NCBI GenBank assembly: GCA_021785655.1
Contig: JAJYET010000003.1
Location: 34,937-98,936, forward strand
Reading direction: 5' to 3'
Length of the DNA: 64,000 nt
From: a bacterium
Lineage (GTDB): Bacteria; Chloroflexota; Dormibacteria; Aeolococcales; Bog-877
The notes under the pieces were generated by a model. It was not told where the DNA came from and made no database searches. It was given only the letters and a program-made list of their open reading frames with translations. Position 1 is the first letter of the stretch. Each line of letters starts with the position of its first letter. This document shows positions 38,875-53,263 of this stretch, piece by piece. A program made the position numbers and the translations under genes.

Positions 38875-40401
38875 TCACCGAACCCGGCGCAGGTCTTCGC
38901 CGGTCATCTCGTCCGGCACTGGCAGACCCATCACCGAGAGTATTGTCGGCGCCACATCGCGCAGGCCGCCACCTGGTCGAAGTGGCCCCGCCTCCGAGGT
39001 GAGGATGACCGGCACGGGGCTGGTGGTGTGCGACGTGACCACGGCACCGGTGGTCTCGTCCACCATGCACTCCGCGTTGCCGTGATCAGCGGTCACCAGG
39101 AGGCGATAGCCGTTGGCCCCCGCCGACTGGGCCAGGCGCCCGAGGCAGCTGTCAAGGAACTCCACGGCCCGGATGGTGGCGGCCAGGTCGCCGGTATGTC
39201 CCACCATGTCGGCGTTGGCGTAGTTCATCACCAGGAGGCTGCTCTCCTGCCGCTCCATCTCCGCCACGGCCGCCTCCGTGATGCCGGCCGCGCTCATCTC
39301 CGGCTTCAGGTCGTAGGTCGCGACCTTGGACGACGGGACGAGGAGCCGGCGTTCCCTGGGAAAGGGCTCCTCGCGACCGCCGTTGACGAAGTAGGTGACG
39401 TGGGCGTACTTCTCCGTCTCGGCGACGTGGAACTGCGCCAGACCCGCCTCGGCCACCACCTCCGCCAGGGTGTGGCGCACCTCGGGCTTGGGGAAGACCA
39501 CCGGCACCTCCAGGGTCTCGTCGTAGGAGGTGAAGGTGACCAGGTCCACCGGGCGGCTCCAGGGACCGCGGTCGAACGACGAGAATTTGAGGTCCACCAG
39601 GGCGTGGGACAGCTCGCGGGCGCGGTCGGGCCGAAAGTTGAAGTGGATCACGACGTCGCTGGGCCGCACTCCCACCGGCTGTCCTCCATCCGGCACGATC
39701 GCGGCGGGAAGCAGGAACTCGTCGTAGACGCCCTCAGCGTACGAGGCCCGCGCATAGGCCGCGGCGTCTGGAGCCGTCCGCTCGGGGTAGCCCAGGATGG
39801 TGAGGAACGCCGGCTGGACCCGCTCCCACCGGCGGTCCCGGTCCATGGCGTAGTAGCGCCCCGAAATCGAGGTGAACCGGGCGGGGGACACGGCGGCCAA
39901 CCGCCGCCCTACGTCCTCAAGATAGGCGGCGCCGGCATCGGTGGGGGTGTCCCGCCCGTCGGTCACCGCGTGCACCGCGATATCCGCGACCCCCAGCCGA
40001 CCGGCCATCTCAGCGAGGGCCACCAGGTGATCCTGGTGGCTGTGCACCCCCCCGGGCGAGACCAGGCCGACCAGGTGCAGCCGGGACTCCCGGCTGCGCT
40101 GCAGGGCGGCTCGGAGAACCTCGTTGTCGAAGAACGAGCCGTCGGAGATGGCGGCGTCGATGCGGGTCAGGTCCTGGAGCACCACCCGGCCGGAGCCGAT
40201 GGTGAGGTGACCCACCTCCGAGTTGCCCTGCTGCCCCTCCGGGAGCCCCACCGCGAGCCCGCTGGCGACCAGCTCAGCACGGGCCCACTGGCTCCACAGG
40301 GCGTCGAAGTTGGGGGTGCGCGCCTGGGCGATGGCGTTGCCGCCCACTTCGGCGCGGCAACCGTATCCATCCAGGATGCAAAGGACCGCCCGTTGGACCA
40401 T
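38875..40401 (-). CDS. gpmI: 2,3-bisphosphoglycerate-independent phosphoglycerate mutase
   Basis: MVQRAVLCILDGYGCRAE...VSPGGVHSHQDHLVALAEMA...DGRDTPTDAG are iPGM signatures. ATG at 40401 overlaps the tpiA stop (TGATG). The upstream 89 ORF-track codons are Gly/Arg-rich extension. Confidence 0.85.
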   Translation of the reverse strand: MVQRAVLCILDGYGCRAEVGGNAIAQARTPNFDALWSQWARAELVASGLAVGLPEGQQGNSEVGHLTIGSGRVVLQDLTRIDAAISDGSFFDNEVLRAALQRSRESRLHLVGLVSPGGVHSHQDHLVALAEMAGRLGVADIAVHAVTDGRDTPTDAGAAYLEDVGRRLAAVSPARFTSISGRYYAMDRDRRWERVQPAFLTILGYPERTAPDAAAYARASYAEGVYDEFLLPAAIVPDGGQPVGVRPSDVVIHFNFRPDRARELSHALVDLKFSSFDRGPWSRPVDLVTFTSYDETLEVPVVFPKPEVRHTLAEVVAEAGLAQFHVAETEKYAHVTYFVNGGREEPFPRERRLLVPSSKVATYDLKPEMSAAGITEAAVAEMERQESSLLVMNYANADMVGHTGDLAATIRAVEFLDSCLGRLAQSAGANGYRLLVTADHGNAECMVDETTGAVVTSHTTSPVPVILTSEAGPLRPGGGLRDVAPTILSVMGLPVPDEMTGEDLRRVR

Positions 40402-41168
40402 CAACCAGCCGCCGCGACGATGCCGGCGAACTCGTCTGCCCTCAAACTGGCACCACCCACCAGGGCTCCCCGGACCCCCGGGGCGCTCAGGAGGGAGGCG
40501 GCGTTGGCGGGGGTCACACTCCCACCGTACAGGACGCGGACCTCCACCTCCCCACTGGAGAGCTCCGCCACCACCCGGTGGATCACCGCCGCGGCCGCCG
40601 CGGCGTCGTCCGGTGTGGCGGTGGCCCCGGTGCCGATGGCCCAGACCGGCTCGTAGGCCACCGTGCATCTGCCGATCTCGCCGATGGCGAGGCCCTCAAG
40701 CCCGGCCCGCGCCTGACGCTCGACCACCGCCTCGGTCACTCCGGCCGAGCGTTCGGCCGCGGTCTCCCCCACCGCCAGCACGGGCAGCAGCCCGGCCACC
40801 AATACGGCGTCGAGCTTCCTCCGCACCACGTTGTCGGACTCCCCCATCAAGTGCCGGCGCTCACTGTGGCCCACGAGCACGTAGTCGCAGAGCGGGGCCA
40901 GCATCGGGGCGCTGATCTCTCCCGTGAAGGCGCCGGCTGCCTCGTGGTGACAGTTCTGGGCGCCCACCCGGACCCGCGTGTCTCCTCCCAACTCCTCCAC
41001 CACGGCCTCGAGGGCCGTGAACGGCGGCAGGAGGAGCACCTCGGCCGCGGGCTCAGCCGCCAGCTGCCCCAGCAATGAGCGAACCAGACCCCGGGCCTCC
41101 GCCGGTGTCTTGTGCATCTTCCAGTTCCCGGCGATGAGAGGCGCCTTGCGCCAGGGGTCAGGGGTCAT
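40401..41168 (-). CDS. tpiA: Triosephosphate isomerase
   Basis: PLIAGNWKMHKT...VGHSERR...AYEPVWAIGTG are canonical TIM motifs. Confidence 0.9.
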   Translation of the reverse strand: MTPDPWRKAPLIAGNWKMHKTPAEARGLVRSLLGQLAAEPAAEVLLLPPFTALEAVVEELGGDTRVRVGAQNCHHEAAGAFTGEISAPMLAPLCDYVLVGHSERRHLMGESDNVVRRKLDAVLVAGLLPVLAVGETAAERSAGVTEAVVERQARAGLEGLAIGEIGRCTVAYEPVWAIGTGATATPDDAAAAAAVIHRVVAELSSGEVEVRVLYGGSVTPANAASLLSAPGVRGALVGGASLRADEFAGIVAAAG

Positions 41169-42361
41169 GGCAGGGCGACCCGCTCGCGCAGTGCCTCCAC
41201 CCCCGGCAGCTCCCGCCCCTCCAGGAACTCCAGGGTGGCGCCCCCACCGGTGCTGACGTGGGTGAACTTGGAGGCGAGGCCCAGCGACTCCAGCGCCGCC
41301 TGGAGGTCACCGCCCCCGGTCACGCTCACCGCCGAGCTCTCCCCGATGGCGGCCGCCACCTGCCGGGTGGCGCCGGCAAAGGCCGGGTTCTCGTAAACAC
41401 CGAGCGGTCCGTTCCAGACCACGGTCCCCGCGCGCCGCACCAGCTCCGCCCAGCGCTGGGCCGTGGCGGGGCCGACGTCAAGGATCATCTCCTCGCCCCC
41501 CACCTCCTCCACCAGGCAGGATCTCGCCTCGGCGGCCGTGGACTCGGGGCCAGCCGCGACCATCACGTCCGTGGGCAGGTACACCTCGGTGCCCAGGGAC
41601 GGAGCTCGGCCCAGGATCTCAGACGCCCTGGCGACGAAGTCCGGCTCCACCAGGGAGCGTCCCACCGAGACCCCCTCGGCGACCAGGAACGTGGCCGCCA
41701 TCCCGCCGCCCAGAAGCAGCTGCTGAACCCTGGGCAGGAGGTGGTCGATCACCCCCAGCTTGGTACTCAGCTTGCTGCCGCCCATGATGGCCACGAGCGG
41801 CCGCGACGGCGACTCGAGGATCCCAGCGAGCGCAGCCAGCTCCCGCTCCATGAGCCTGCCGGCGTAAGCCGGCAGGATGTGCGCCACGCCCTCGGTGGAG
41901 GCGTGGGCCCGGTGGGCGGTCCCGAAAGCGTCGTTGACATAGAGATCGGCCAGAGCGGCCAGCTGCGCGGCGAACCCCGGGTCGTTGGCCTCCTCCTCTG
42001 GGTGGAAGCGGAGGTTCTCCAGCAGCAGCACCTCGCCGTCGGCAAGGGCCCCGGCCGCGGCCTCCGCCACCGGGCCGACGCACTCCGAGCACCAGCTCAC
42101 CTCCGAACCCAGGAGCTCCGAGAGGTGGGTCGCCAAGGGCCGGGTGGACAGCGCCTCCACCGGCTTCCCCTTGGGGCGTCCGAGGTGGGTTGCCAGAATC
42201 ACCCTGGCCGACCTGGAGCGCAGCTCCTGGATCGTGGGCAGGCAGGCCCGAATCCGCGCATCGTCGCGGATCCCGCCGTCCTCCAGGAGGGGAACGTTGA
42301 AGTCCACCCGGACCAGCACCCGCCTGCCCTCCGGGTTGAGGTCGTCCAGTCCCGCCTTCAC
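41165..42361 (-). CDS. pgk: Phosphoglycerate kinase
   Basis: RVLVRVDFNVPL... is a 398-aa PGK N-terminus. It overlaps the tpiA start by 4 nt. Confidence 0.9.
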   Translation of the reverse strand: MKAGLDDLNPEGRRVLVRVDFNVPLLEDGGIRDDARIRACLPTIQELRSRSARVILATHLGRPKGKPVEALSTRPLATHLSELLGSEVSWCSECVGPVAEAAAGALADGEVLLLENLRFHPEEEANDPGFAAQLAALADLYVNDAFGTAHRAHASTEGVAHILPAYAGRLMERELAALAGILESPSRPLVAIMGGSKLSTKLGVIDHLLPRVQQLLLGGGMAATFLVAEGVSVGRSLVEPDFVARASEILGRAPSLGTEVYLPTDVMVAAGPESTAAEARSCLVEEVGGEEMILDVGPATAQRWAELVRRAGTVVWNGPLGVYENPAFAGATRQVAAAIGESSAVSVTGGGDLQAALESLGLASKFTHVSTGGGATLEFLEGRELPGVEALRERVALP

Positions 42362-42363
42362 AG

Positions 42364-43380
<1,017 letters not shown>

Positions 43381-43558
43381 TCACCTCCTGCTGCCCGTGC
43401 GCCCCTCGCCCCGGCCCCGGCCGAGTATATGGACCGGCCTCCGGGCCCCAGTGTCACCCAGAAGTCTGGCAGGACCGGCCGGGATGGCTGCACGGTGTCA
43501 CCACCCGACTCCGGGTGCAGGATTCCACCTTCGGCGGGGGCCTGACCGGACCCCGCCC

Positions 43559-44281
43559 TCACTCCTCCAGGTCGCGGTGCCAGACCACCGCCCGCACACC
43601 CCGCCCCCTCAGCCGCCGGCACAGCTCCTCGGCGAGGGCAACGGACCGGTGGCGCCCGCCCGTGCAGCCCACCGCCAGCCGGATCAGCGGCCGCGACCGC
43701 CCATCCGGCCGGAGCTGGGACTCCACCAACTGCTCCGCCGCGCCCAGAAGCCGGCTGGCCTCCTCCTGGCCGAGAACGAAGGAACTCACCCTGGGGTCGG
43801 TCCCCGGAAACGGCCGCAGCTCCTCCACCCAGTAGGGGTTCGAGACCGGGCGTGCGTCGAGGCAGCAGTCCAGGTCCAGGGGAACTCCCTTGATGAAGGA
43901 GAAGGACTCGGCGACCACCACCGGATCGGCGCCCCCGTCCAGCCAGGACCCGGGCAGCGCTGCCAGCGCTCGGGAGACCGCTCCCGGGTCCCGGTGAGTG
44001 GTGTCCAGCACCACCCGGGTGGCGGTGAGCAGGTGCCGCTGCCGCTCGCGGGCCGCCAGCCACCTCCGGGCGCTCCCGCGGCCACCCTGGGGCCACCTGG
44101 CGAGACACGCTTCCAGGGAAGCCACAGTTCGCACCAGGCGGAGGGAGCCACCACCCTCCCGGCCCGGATCCGGCTGGGGCCCCAGCCCGTCCCAGACCAA
44201 CGCCGGGGCCCCCAGCCCGGTCAGCTCGGCCGCCAGCTGATCGGGCCCCGACCCCGGGGGGCCATAAACCAGCACCGACAT
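43559..44281 (-). CDS. rapZ: RapZ/YvcJ-family protein with degenerate N-terminal P-loop
   Basis: The C-terminal half matches RapZ (VVAESFSFIKGVPLDLDCCLDARPVSNPYWVEELRPF...LIRLAVGCTGGRHRSVALAEEL...VVWHRDLEE). The N-terminus reads VLVYGPPGSGPD instead of the GxSGSGKS Walker A. The start overlaps the uvrC stop (TGATG). Confidence 0.7.
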   Translation of the reverse strand: MSVLVYGPPGSGPDQLAAELTGLGAPALVWDGLGPQPDPGREGGGSLRLVRTVASLEACLARWPQGGRGSARRWLAARERQRHLLTATRVVLDTTHRDPGAVSRALAALPGSWLDGGADPVVVAESFSFIKGVPLDLDCCLDARPVSNPYWVEELRPFPGTDPRVSSFVLGQEEASRLLGAAEQLVESQLRPDGRSRPLIRLAVGCTGGRHRSVALAEELCRRLRGRGVRAVVWHRDLEE

Positions 44282-46197
44282 CAGAGGAGCTCCTTGAGAG
44301 CTGCCGCCACCGGGCGGGTGATGCCCGGCACGGCCACCAGCTCCTCCAGCGTGGCCTCGCGGATCCCCGTCACCGAGCCGAAGTGGGCCAGGAGCGCCCG
44401 TTTGCGCTTTGGACCCAGCCCGGTCACCTCGTCGAGGCGGCTGCGCAGGCCCGCGCGCTGACGCCGCTGGCGGTGCCGGGTGATGGCGAAGCGGTGGGCC
44501 TCGTCCCGGACCCGCTGGACCAGGAAGAGCGGTTCGCTGCCCTGGGGAAGGTGCAGGGGGAGGGCGCCACCAACCCGATGCAGCTCCTCAAAGCGCTTGG
44601 CGAGACCGAAATGCGGGATGTCCTCCAGCCCCAGGGTCCGCAGGGCCCGGTCCGCTGCCGCCAGCTGGCCCTCCCCGCCGTCGACGATTACCAGGTCGGG
44701 CCGGGCGCCCAGGCTCTCCTCAGTGGGCTGGGCCAAATGCCGGAACCGGCGCCGGATCACCTCCTCCATGCTGGCGAAGTCGTTGGGGCCCTCCACCTCC
44801 CGGATGGCGAAGATCCGGTAGTCGGACGGCTTGGGCCGAGCGTCCTCGAAGACCACCATCGAACCGACGCTCTGCTCCCCCATGGTGTTGCTGATGTCGT
44901 AGCACTCGATCCGCCTGGGCGGGGCGGCCAGCCCCAGGAGTCCCCTCAGATCCTCCAGCACCTGGGCCGCCCGCACCGAGTCGTAGTCCTCGCGCAGGCG
45001 CGCCTGCTCCAGGGCGGCCTGCGCCGTCTGCTCGGCCAGCCGCACAGCGCGCACCAAATGCCCCCGCTGGGGCACCACAAGTCGCACGGCCGCCCCCCTC
45101 CGGGCCGTCAGGTACTCCTCCAGGAGGTGCCGGTCGGCGACCGCCCACGGGATGACCACCCGGGAGGGAACGAAGGGGGCGGCGGCGTAATGCTGCGAGA
45201 GGAAGCTGGAAAGGATCTCTTGCGGCTCCACCTCGCCAAGCCCCAACAACGGGTGGCGCTCCGCCCCCTGCACCCGACCCTCGCGGACCGGCAGGACGGC
45301 GGCCATCCCGGTCCCCTTGCCCACGGCCAGGCCCACCGCGTCCACTGTGCCTCCAGCCCGGGGAACTCGCGCCTGCTCGGCGGTGAGGCGGTCGATCGCC
45401 CGCAGGCGGTCGCGCAGAGCGGCGGCGCGCTCGAAGTCGAGCTCCTTGCTGGCCTGTTGCATGGCCGCCAGGAGCTCGCGGCGCACCTCCTCAGTCCGCC
45501 CGGCCAGGAATTCGGCCGCCTGGTCAAGGAGCCGGGCATGTCCCTCGGGGGAGATCCGGTTCTCACAGGGCCCGGCGCAGATCCCCAGGTGAAAGTCGAG
45601 GCAGATCCGGCCCCTGCGGAAGACGGCATCGGCGCAGGCGCGGAAGGGGGCCACAGTCCGCAACTCGCGCAGCGACCTTCTCAGCGCTCCGGCGTCGGTG
45701 TAGGGGCCGAAGTAGCGGGCGCCGTCCGTCCGGATCCGACGGGTCAGCTCCGGCCGGGGATAGGCCGCCTGACGCCCGGCGGCATCCAGGGCGCCACCTT
45801 GCCCCAGCTGCGGTAGCGGCACCCGCACGTACAGGTAGTTCTTGTCGTCGCGCAGCCGCACGTTGAAGCGCGGGTGGTAGCGCTTGATCAGGGTGTTCTC
45901 CAGGATGAGAGCCTCCTGCTCCGTGCCCGTGGCCACCACCTCGAAGTCCACTGCCGACCCCACCAGCTGGCGGATGCGCGCGGAGTGGGCCTGGGGCGCG
46001 GTGAAGTAGCTGCGCAGCCGATCCCGCAGGCTGGACGACTTGCCGACGTAGGCCACCGAACCGTCCGCGCCGCGGAACAGGTAGACGCCGGGCTGCGCTG
46101 GGACCGCCCTCAGCCGTGCTCGGAGCAGCTCGGGGCGCTCCAGGAGCCGGTCGGGGATGCTGGCTCGAACTGTCACCACCGAATCCTCAGCGCACAC
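44281..46197 (-). CDS. uvrC: Excinuclease ABC subunit C
   Basis: GIY-YIG motif (PGVYLFRGADGSVAYVGKSSSLRDRL), UvrBC interaction domain, RNase H-like and HhH C-terminus. The GTG start may lie a few codons downstream. Confidence 0.9.
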   Translation of the reverse strand: MCAEDSVVTVRASIPDRLLERPELLRARLRAVPAQPGVYLFRGADGSVAYVGKSSSLRDRLRSYFTAPQAHSARIRQLVGSAVDFEVVATGTEQEALILENTLIKRYHPRFNVRLRDDKNYLYVRVPLPQLGQGGALDAAGRQAAYPRPELTRRIRTDGARYFGPYTDAGALRRSLRELRTVAPFRACADAVFRRGRICLDFHLGICAGPCENRISPEGHARLLDQAAEFLAGRTEEVRRELLAAMQQASKELDFERAAALRDRLRAIDRLTAEQARVPRAGGTVDAVGLAVGKGTGMAAVLPVREGRVQGAERHPLLGLGEVEPQEILSSFLSQHYAAAPFVPSRVVIPWAVADRHLLEEYLTARRGAAVRLVVPQRGHLVRAVRLAEQTAQAALEQARLREDYDSVRAAQVLEDLRGLLGLAAPPRRIECYDISNTMGEQSVGSMVVFEDARPKPSDYRIFAIREVEGPNDFASMEEVIRRRFRHLAQPTEESLGARPDLVIVDGGEGQLAAADRALRTLGLEDIPHFGLAKRFEELHRVGGALPLHLPQGSEPLFLVQRVRDEAHRFAITRHRQRRQRAGLRSRLDEVTGLGPKRKRALLAHFGSVTGIREATLEELVAVPGITRPVAAALKELL

Positions 46198-46341
46198 CCA
46201 GCAGTTGGAGGATTACCGCCACCAACAGCAGCGTAGTGAGCAGGGCCAGGATCATCACCCCACCGATGCAGGCACCCCGCTGCCACCCTCGGAAGGTGGC
46301 GGGAGCCCTCTGCGGCTCCTCCCCTACGGGCCCGCCCACCC

Positions 46342-49197
<2,856 letters not shown>

Positions 49198-49206
49198 CAG
49201 TCAAGG

Positions 49207-51171
49207 TTACCGTGCCGCCGGGGCCGCCCCTCCACCTCGGCCCTGGGACCCTTCGGCCACCTCGGGTATGAGCTCGATTTCCAGCTCCCCCGCAGCGGCC
49301 CGCGGCACCACGTAGACCGCCGCCCCCTGCACCAGGCGCTCCACCCCGCTGAGGGTCGAACCCACGGCGACGATCCGCTCCCAGGTGTGGTCGAAGTGGC
49401 CCCTTATCGCCAGCTGGCCGGTGGCGCCGGCCTGCATGACCCTCACGCCCCCCGGGAAGCTCCGGACAGCGACCGAGTCCGCCTTCCTCCCCGACGCCCA
49501 GGGGCAGGCCCTGACCTCCACTGCGAGACCTGAGGCCGGCGAGCCGTCCCGATCGAGCCGGTAGCTAGCCCGGAGGCCCGACTCGGTTGCCGTCAGCCAC
49601 TTGCGGAGCCGGAGCCCATCGCGCTCGGCGCTCAAGACCGCCCCCGTCGGCAGCACCTCGACGCCGTAGGGGAGGCCCCAGACCGCCCCGTTCACGGAGT
49701 CCCTGAGGGCCCCCACCTCCTCCGCGTCGAAGGGCTGATCCGTGGAAACACCTGAGGGAGCCTCCAGAGGGGCCAGCTCCATCCCCCGCGCCGGAAGCGA
49801 CGCCGTTTTCCCCTCCAGGTGGTAGGACTCCTGGTGGCGCCCCATCACCGCCACCAGGTTGGCCTCGGCCTCCCAGCTGACCAGCTCCACGACCTGGCCA
49901 CCCAGATGGGAGTCCACGGTGGCATATCCCCAGGGGCCGAAGATTCGCAGCTCCGGCAGGCCGTCCCCGTCCAGGTCTGTGACCTCCACCCCCCACCGCC
50001 GTGGCCGGCTCGCCAACCGCTCGGCCCGGACCAGGTGGTGCCAGAGCCCGAGCCGGAGAAAGGTGAGGTAGGCCCCCCCGAAGGTGCCGTGCCAGTAGCC
50101 GCAGTTGCACTGGCCCCGGTGGAGCTCGGCAACCGCCGCCTCGGCGCTTCCTTCGGACGCCACCACCCCGCTCACCCGCACCATCTGCTGCTGGAGCCGG
50201 GCCACCTCCGGGTACTTCGCCTGGAAGCCGCGCCACGGCACCCCCCGGACGTACGGGGCCACCTGAAGGGGATCGCTGGCCGCCAGCCCGGCCGACGCCA
50301 GCTCCAGCCGGTGGCGGACTGGAGTGGGCAGGGCCCAGGTCATCATCTCGTCATAAGAGCTGGAGGGCAGCTGCACCGGGGTTGGGGAGCCCTCTCCCGC
50401 CGCCTGCCCGGCCTGGACCAGCCGCAGCCGCCCGGCCTGGGCCCCTTCCCGAAGCCGCTCCAGGAAGCGCTCCAACCAGCGGCGCCGATACACCTGCCGG
50501 GAGGTGCCCGGCCACTCGCCGAACTTTTCGCCGTCGTCCGCGTACAGGGAGAGCCACCCAGGCGGCGAGGCCACCAGCTCGCGCACCACCGACTGCGGTG
50601 GGGAGTAAGGGATGCGATAGCGAAGGCGGCGGCTGGCGGCCAGGATCCTCACCGTGAGCCCCTGGTGCTCGGTGACGAACACCCCGCCCAGCCGATCCTC
50701 CTCAACTCCGACCGCCCGGAGGGTGGTGTCGTCGAGGATCGCGTAGTGGATTCCGGAACGGCTCAGGGTGGAGGCCAGGTCGGGCTCCCAGACCCGCTCC
50801 GCCAGCCAGAGCCCCCGGGGTCGCTGGCCGAACCATGACTCCAGCAGAGAGGCCATGCGCGCGATCTGGGCCTCCCGGTCCCGCTCCGGCAGGGACGCCA
50901 GAATGGGCTCCTCCAAGCCCCCGCCGAGCAGCTCCACCTGGCCGGCCCGCACCCGCTCCTGGAGCCGTTCCAGGACCACCGGGGCAACCCGCTCCAACCA
51001 GGCCAATAGACACCCGGAGTAATGCAGGGTGAAGGGCACCTCGGGATGGCGGGCGATGGCCTCCAGAAACGGCAGGTAGCACCGCCGGGCCGCCCGCGCC
51101 ACCACCCGTTCGAGGTTGTCCACCGGCTGGTGGAAGTGCACCACCAGGGCCAGTCGGGGAGCCTCAGCCAT
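49207..51171 (-). CDS. Glycoside hydrolase family 57 protein (branching-enzyme/4-alpha-glucanotransferase-like) with long C-terminal extension
   Basis: LALVVHFHQPVDNLERV...LLGGGLEEPILASLPERD... (GH57 HxHQP region and catalytic E/D segment), about 655 aa. ATG at 51171 ([11 protein letters not shown]). The ORF-track N-terminus overlaps glgX. Confidence 0.75.
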   Translation of the reverse strand: MAEAPRLALVVHFHQPVDNLERVVARAARRCYLPFLEAIARHPEVPFTLHYSGCLLAWLERVAPVVLERLQERVRAGQVELLGGGLEEPILASLPERDREAQIARMASLLESWFGQRPRGLWLAERVWEPDLASTLSRSGIHYAILDDTTLRAVGVEEDRLGGVFVTEHQGLTVRILAASRRLRYRIPYSPPQSVVRELVASPPGWLSLYADDGEKFGEWPGTSRQVYRRRWLERFLERLREGAQAGRLRLVQAGQAAGEGSPTPVQLPSSSYDEMMTWALPTPVRHRLELASAGLAASDPLQVAPYVRGVPWRGFQAKYPEVARLQQQMVRVSGVVASEGSAEAAVAELHRGQCNCGYWHGTFGGAYLTFLRLGLWHHLVRAERLASRPRRWGVEVTDLDGDGLPELRIFGPWGYATVDSHLGGQVVELVSWEAEANLVAVMGRHQESYHLEGKTASLPARGMELAPLEAPSGVSTDQPFDAEEVGALRDSVNGAVWGLPYGVEVLPTGAVLSAERDGLRLRKWLTATESGLRASYRLDRDGSPASGLAVEVRACPWASGRKADSVAVRSFPGGVRVMQAGATGQLAIRGHFDHTWERIVAVGSTLSGVERLVQGAAVYVVPRAAAGELEIELIPEVAEGSQGRGGGAAPAAR

Positions 51172-53263
51172 GCCGGGAGAGCACCACCAGAGCCCGCGCC
51201 GGGACCACGAGCTCCTCCCCGGCGTGGTGGTGCGGCGCCGCCGTGAGCGGCTCAGGCTCCGCGGTGCTGACCTCCAGCTCCCAGCCGTCCCCCCAGGCCA
51301 GGCTGGGAAGCCGGAAGGCCACCGGCTGACTGTGCGCATTGAAGAGCAGGCCGAGGCTGGAGCCGGGGTCGTGGCCGGCCGTCTCCCCGTTGAGGAACAC
51401 CGCCACCGACTTCACGAACCCCTGCCCCCACTCCTCATCCCCCATCTCCTCCCCGCTGGGGGTGAACCAGCCGATGTCGGCCACCCCAGCCCCGTGCAGC
51501 GGCACCCCCTCGAACCAGCGCCGGCGGCGCAGCACCGGGTGCCGTCGGCGCAGCTGGACCAGCCGCCGAGTGAAGTCGAGCAGCTCGGAGTTGGCCTGGG
51601 CCAGCTGCCAATCCACCCATGAGGTCTCGTTGTCCTGGCAGAAGGCGTTGTTGTTGCCGGCCTGAGTGCGGCCAAACTCGTCCCCCGCCAGGAGCATCGG
51701 CACTCCCTGGGACACCAGCAGGGTGGCCAGGAAGTTGCGCTGCTGGCGAGCGCGCATACGCTCCACCTCCGGGTCGGAGCTGGGCCCCTCCACGCCGCAG
51801 TTCCAGGAGCGGTTGTCGTCGGTGCCGTCGCGGTTCTCCTCGCCATTGGCCTCGTTGTGCTTCTGCCCGTAGGTCACCAGGTCGCGGAGGGTGAAGCCGT
51901 CATGGCAGGTCACGAAGTTGACGCTGGCGAAGGGACGGCGACCGGTGGAGGCGTAGAGGTCCGAGCTGCCGGTGAGGCGGTTGGCGAACTCGGCCACGCC
52001 GCTCTCCGCTCCCCGCCAGTAGTCCCGGACGGTGTCGCGGTACTTGCCGTTCCACTCCGACCACAGGGGCGGGAAGTTTCCTACCTGGTACCCGCCCTCG
52101 CCCACGTCCCAGGGCTCGGCGATCAGCTTGACCCGGTTGATAACCGGGTCCTGCTGGATGATGTCGAAGAAGGCCGACAGCCGGTCGACGTCGTGGAGCT
52201 CCCGGGCCAGGGTCGCCGCCAGGTCGAAGCGGAAGCCGTCGACGTGCATCTCCTGGATCCAGTAGCGGAGGCTGTCCATGATCAGCTGGAGGACGTGGGG
52301 GTGGCGCATGTTGAGGGTGTTCCCGGTCCCGGTGTAGTCCAGGTAGAGGCGGGGATCATCGGGGACCAGGCGGTAGTAGGCGGCGTTGTCGATCCCCCGG
52401 AAGGAGAGGGTGGGCCCGAGGTGGTTGCCCTCGGCGGTGTGGTTGTAGACCACGTCCAGGATCACCTCGATCCCCGCCCTGTGCAGCTGCCGGACCATCT
52501 CCTTGAACTCTCGAACCTGCCCCCCCAGCTGGCCCGAGGCCGCGTAGTGCCCGTGCGGCGCCAGATAGCAGATCGAGTTGTAGCCCCAGTAGTTGCGCAG
52601 CCCCCGCTGGACGAGGGCGTGGTCATGGATGAACTGGTGCACCGGCATCAGTTCCACGGCGGTCACGCCCAGCTGCTGCAGGTGCTCCAGGATGGGCGGG
52701 CTGGCGACGCCCGCGTAGGTGCCCCGGAGGTCCGGCGGAACCTCGGGGTGCAGCCGCGTCAGCCCACGCACATGGGCCTCGTAGACCACCGTCTCGTGCC
52801 AGGGGACGCGCAGCTGGCGGTCCTCTCCCCAGTCAAAGGAGCGGTCCACGACCACCGAGACCGGCATGGAGTCGCGGGAGTCCAGAACGCTCACGCTGCC
52901 ATCCCCCGACCCCAACTCGTACCCGTACACCTCGGGCCCCCAGCGGATGTCGCCGGCCACGGCCTTGGCGTAGGGGTCGAGGAGAAGCTTGGCCGGGTTG
53001 CAGCGCAATCCCGCCTCGGGAAGGTAGGGCCCGTGGACCCGATATCCGTACCGCTGCCCCGGGCCCACCTCGGGAAGCCAGGCGTGCCAGCAGAATCCGT
53101 CTCGCTCCCGCAGCTCCACCCTCTCCTCCCGGCCGACCGGGTCCAGCAGACAGAGCTCGACCCGGTCGGCTGCCTCGGAGAAGACGGAGAAGTTGGTCCC
53201 GCCTCCGTCCCAGGTCGCCCCCAGGGGATAGGCCTCTCCCGGCCGCGCCGCGCCCCGGCTCAC
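51164..53263 (-). CDS. glgX: Glycogen debranching enzyme GlgX (isoamylase-type, GH13_11)
   Basis: [23 protein letters not shown]...[17 protein letters not shown]...[14 protein letters not shown]...LIAEPWD are GlgX signatures. The GTG start overlaps the uvrB stop (GTGA). Confidence 0.9.
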   Translation of the reverse strand: MSRGAARPGEAYPLGATWDGGGTNFSVFSEAADRVELCLLDPVGREERVELRERDGFCWHAWLPEVGPGQRYGYRVHGPYLPEAGLRCNPAKLLLDPYAKAVAGDIRWGPEVYGYELGSGDGSVSVLDSRDSMPVSVVVDRSFDWGEDRQLRVPWHETVVYEAHVRGLTRLHPEVPPDLRGTYAGVASPPILEHLQQLGVTAVELMPVHQFIHDHALVQRGLRNYWGYNSICYLAPHGHYAASGQLGGQVREFKEMVRQLHRAGIEVILDVVYNHTAEGNHLGPTLSFRGIDNAAYYRLVPDDPRLYLDYTGTGNTLNMRHPHVLQLIMDSLRYWIQEMHVDGFRFDLAATLARELHDVDRLSAFFDIIQQDPVINRVKLIAEPWDVGEGGYQVGNFPPLWSEWNGKYRDTVRDYWRGAESGVAEFANRLTGSSDLYASTGRRPFASVNFVTCHDGFTLRDLVTYGQKHNEANGEENRDGTDDNRSWNCGVEGPSSDPEVERMRARQQRNFLATLLVSQGVPMLLAGDEFGRTQAGNNNAFCQDNETSWVDWQLAQANSELLDFTRRLVQLRRRHPVLRRRRWFEGVPLHGAGVADIGWFTPSGEEMGDEEWGQGFVKSVAVFLNGETAGHDPGSSLGLLFNAHSQPVAFRLPSLAWGDGWELEVSTAEPEPLTAAPHHHAGEELVVPARALVVLSRHG

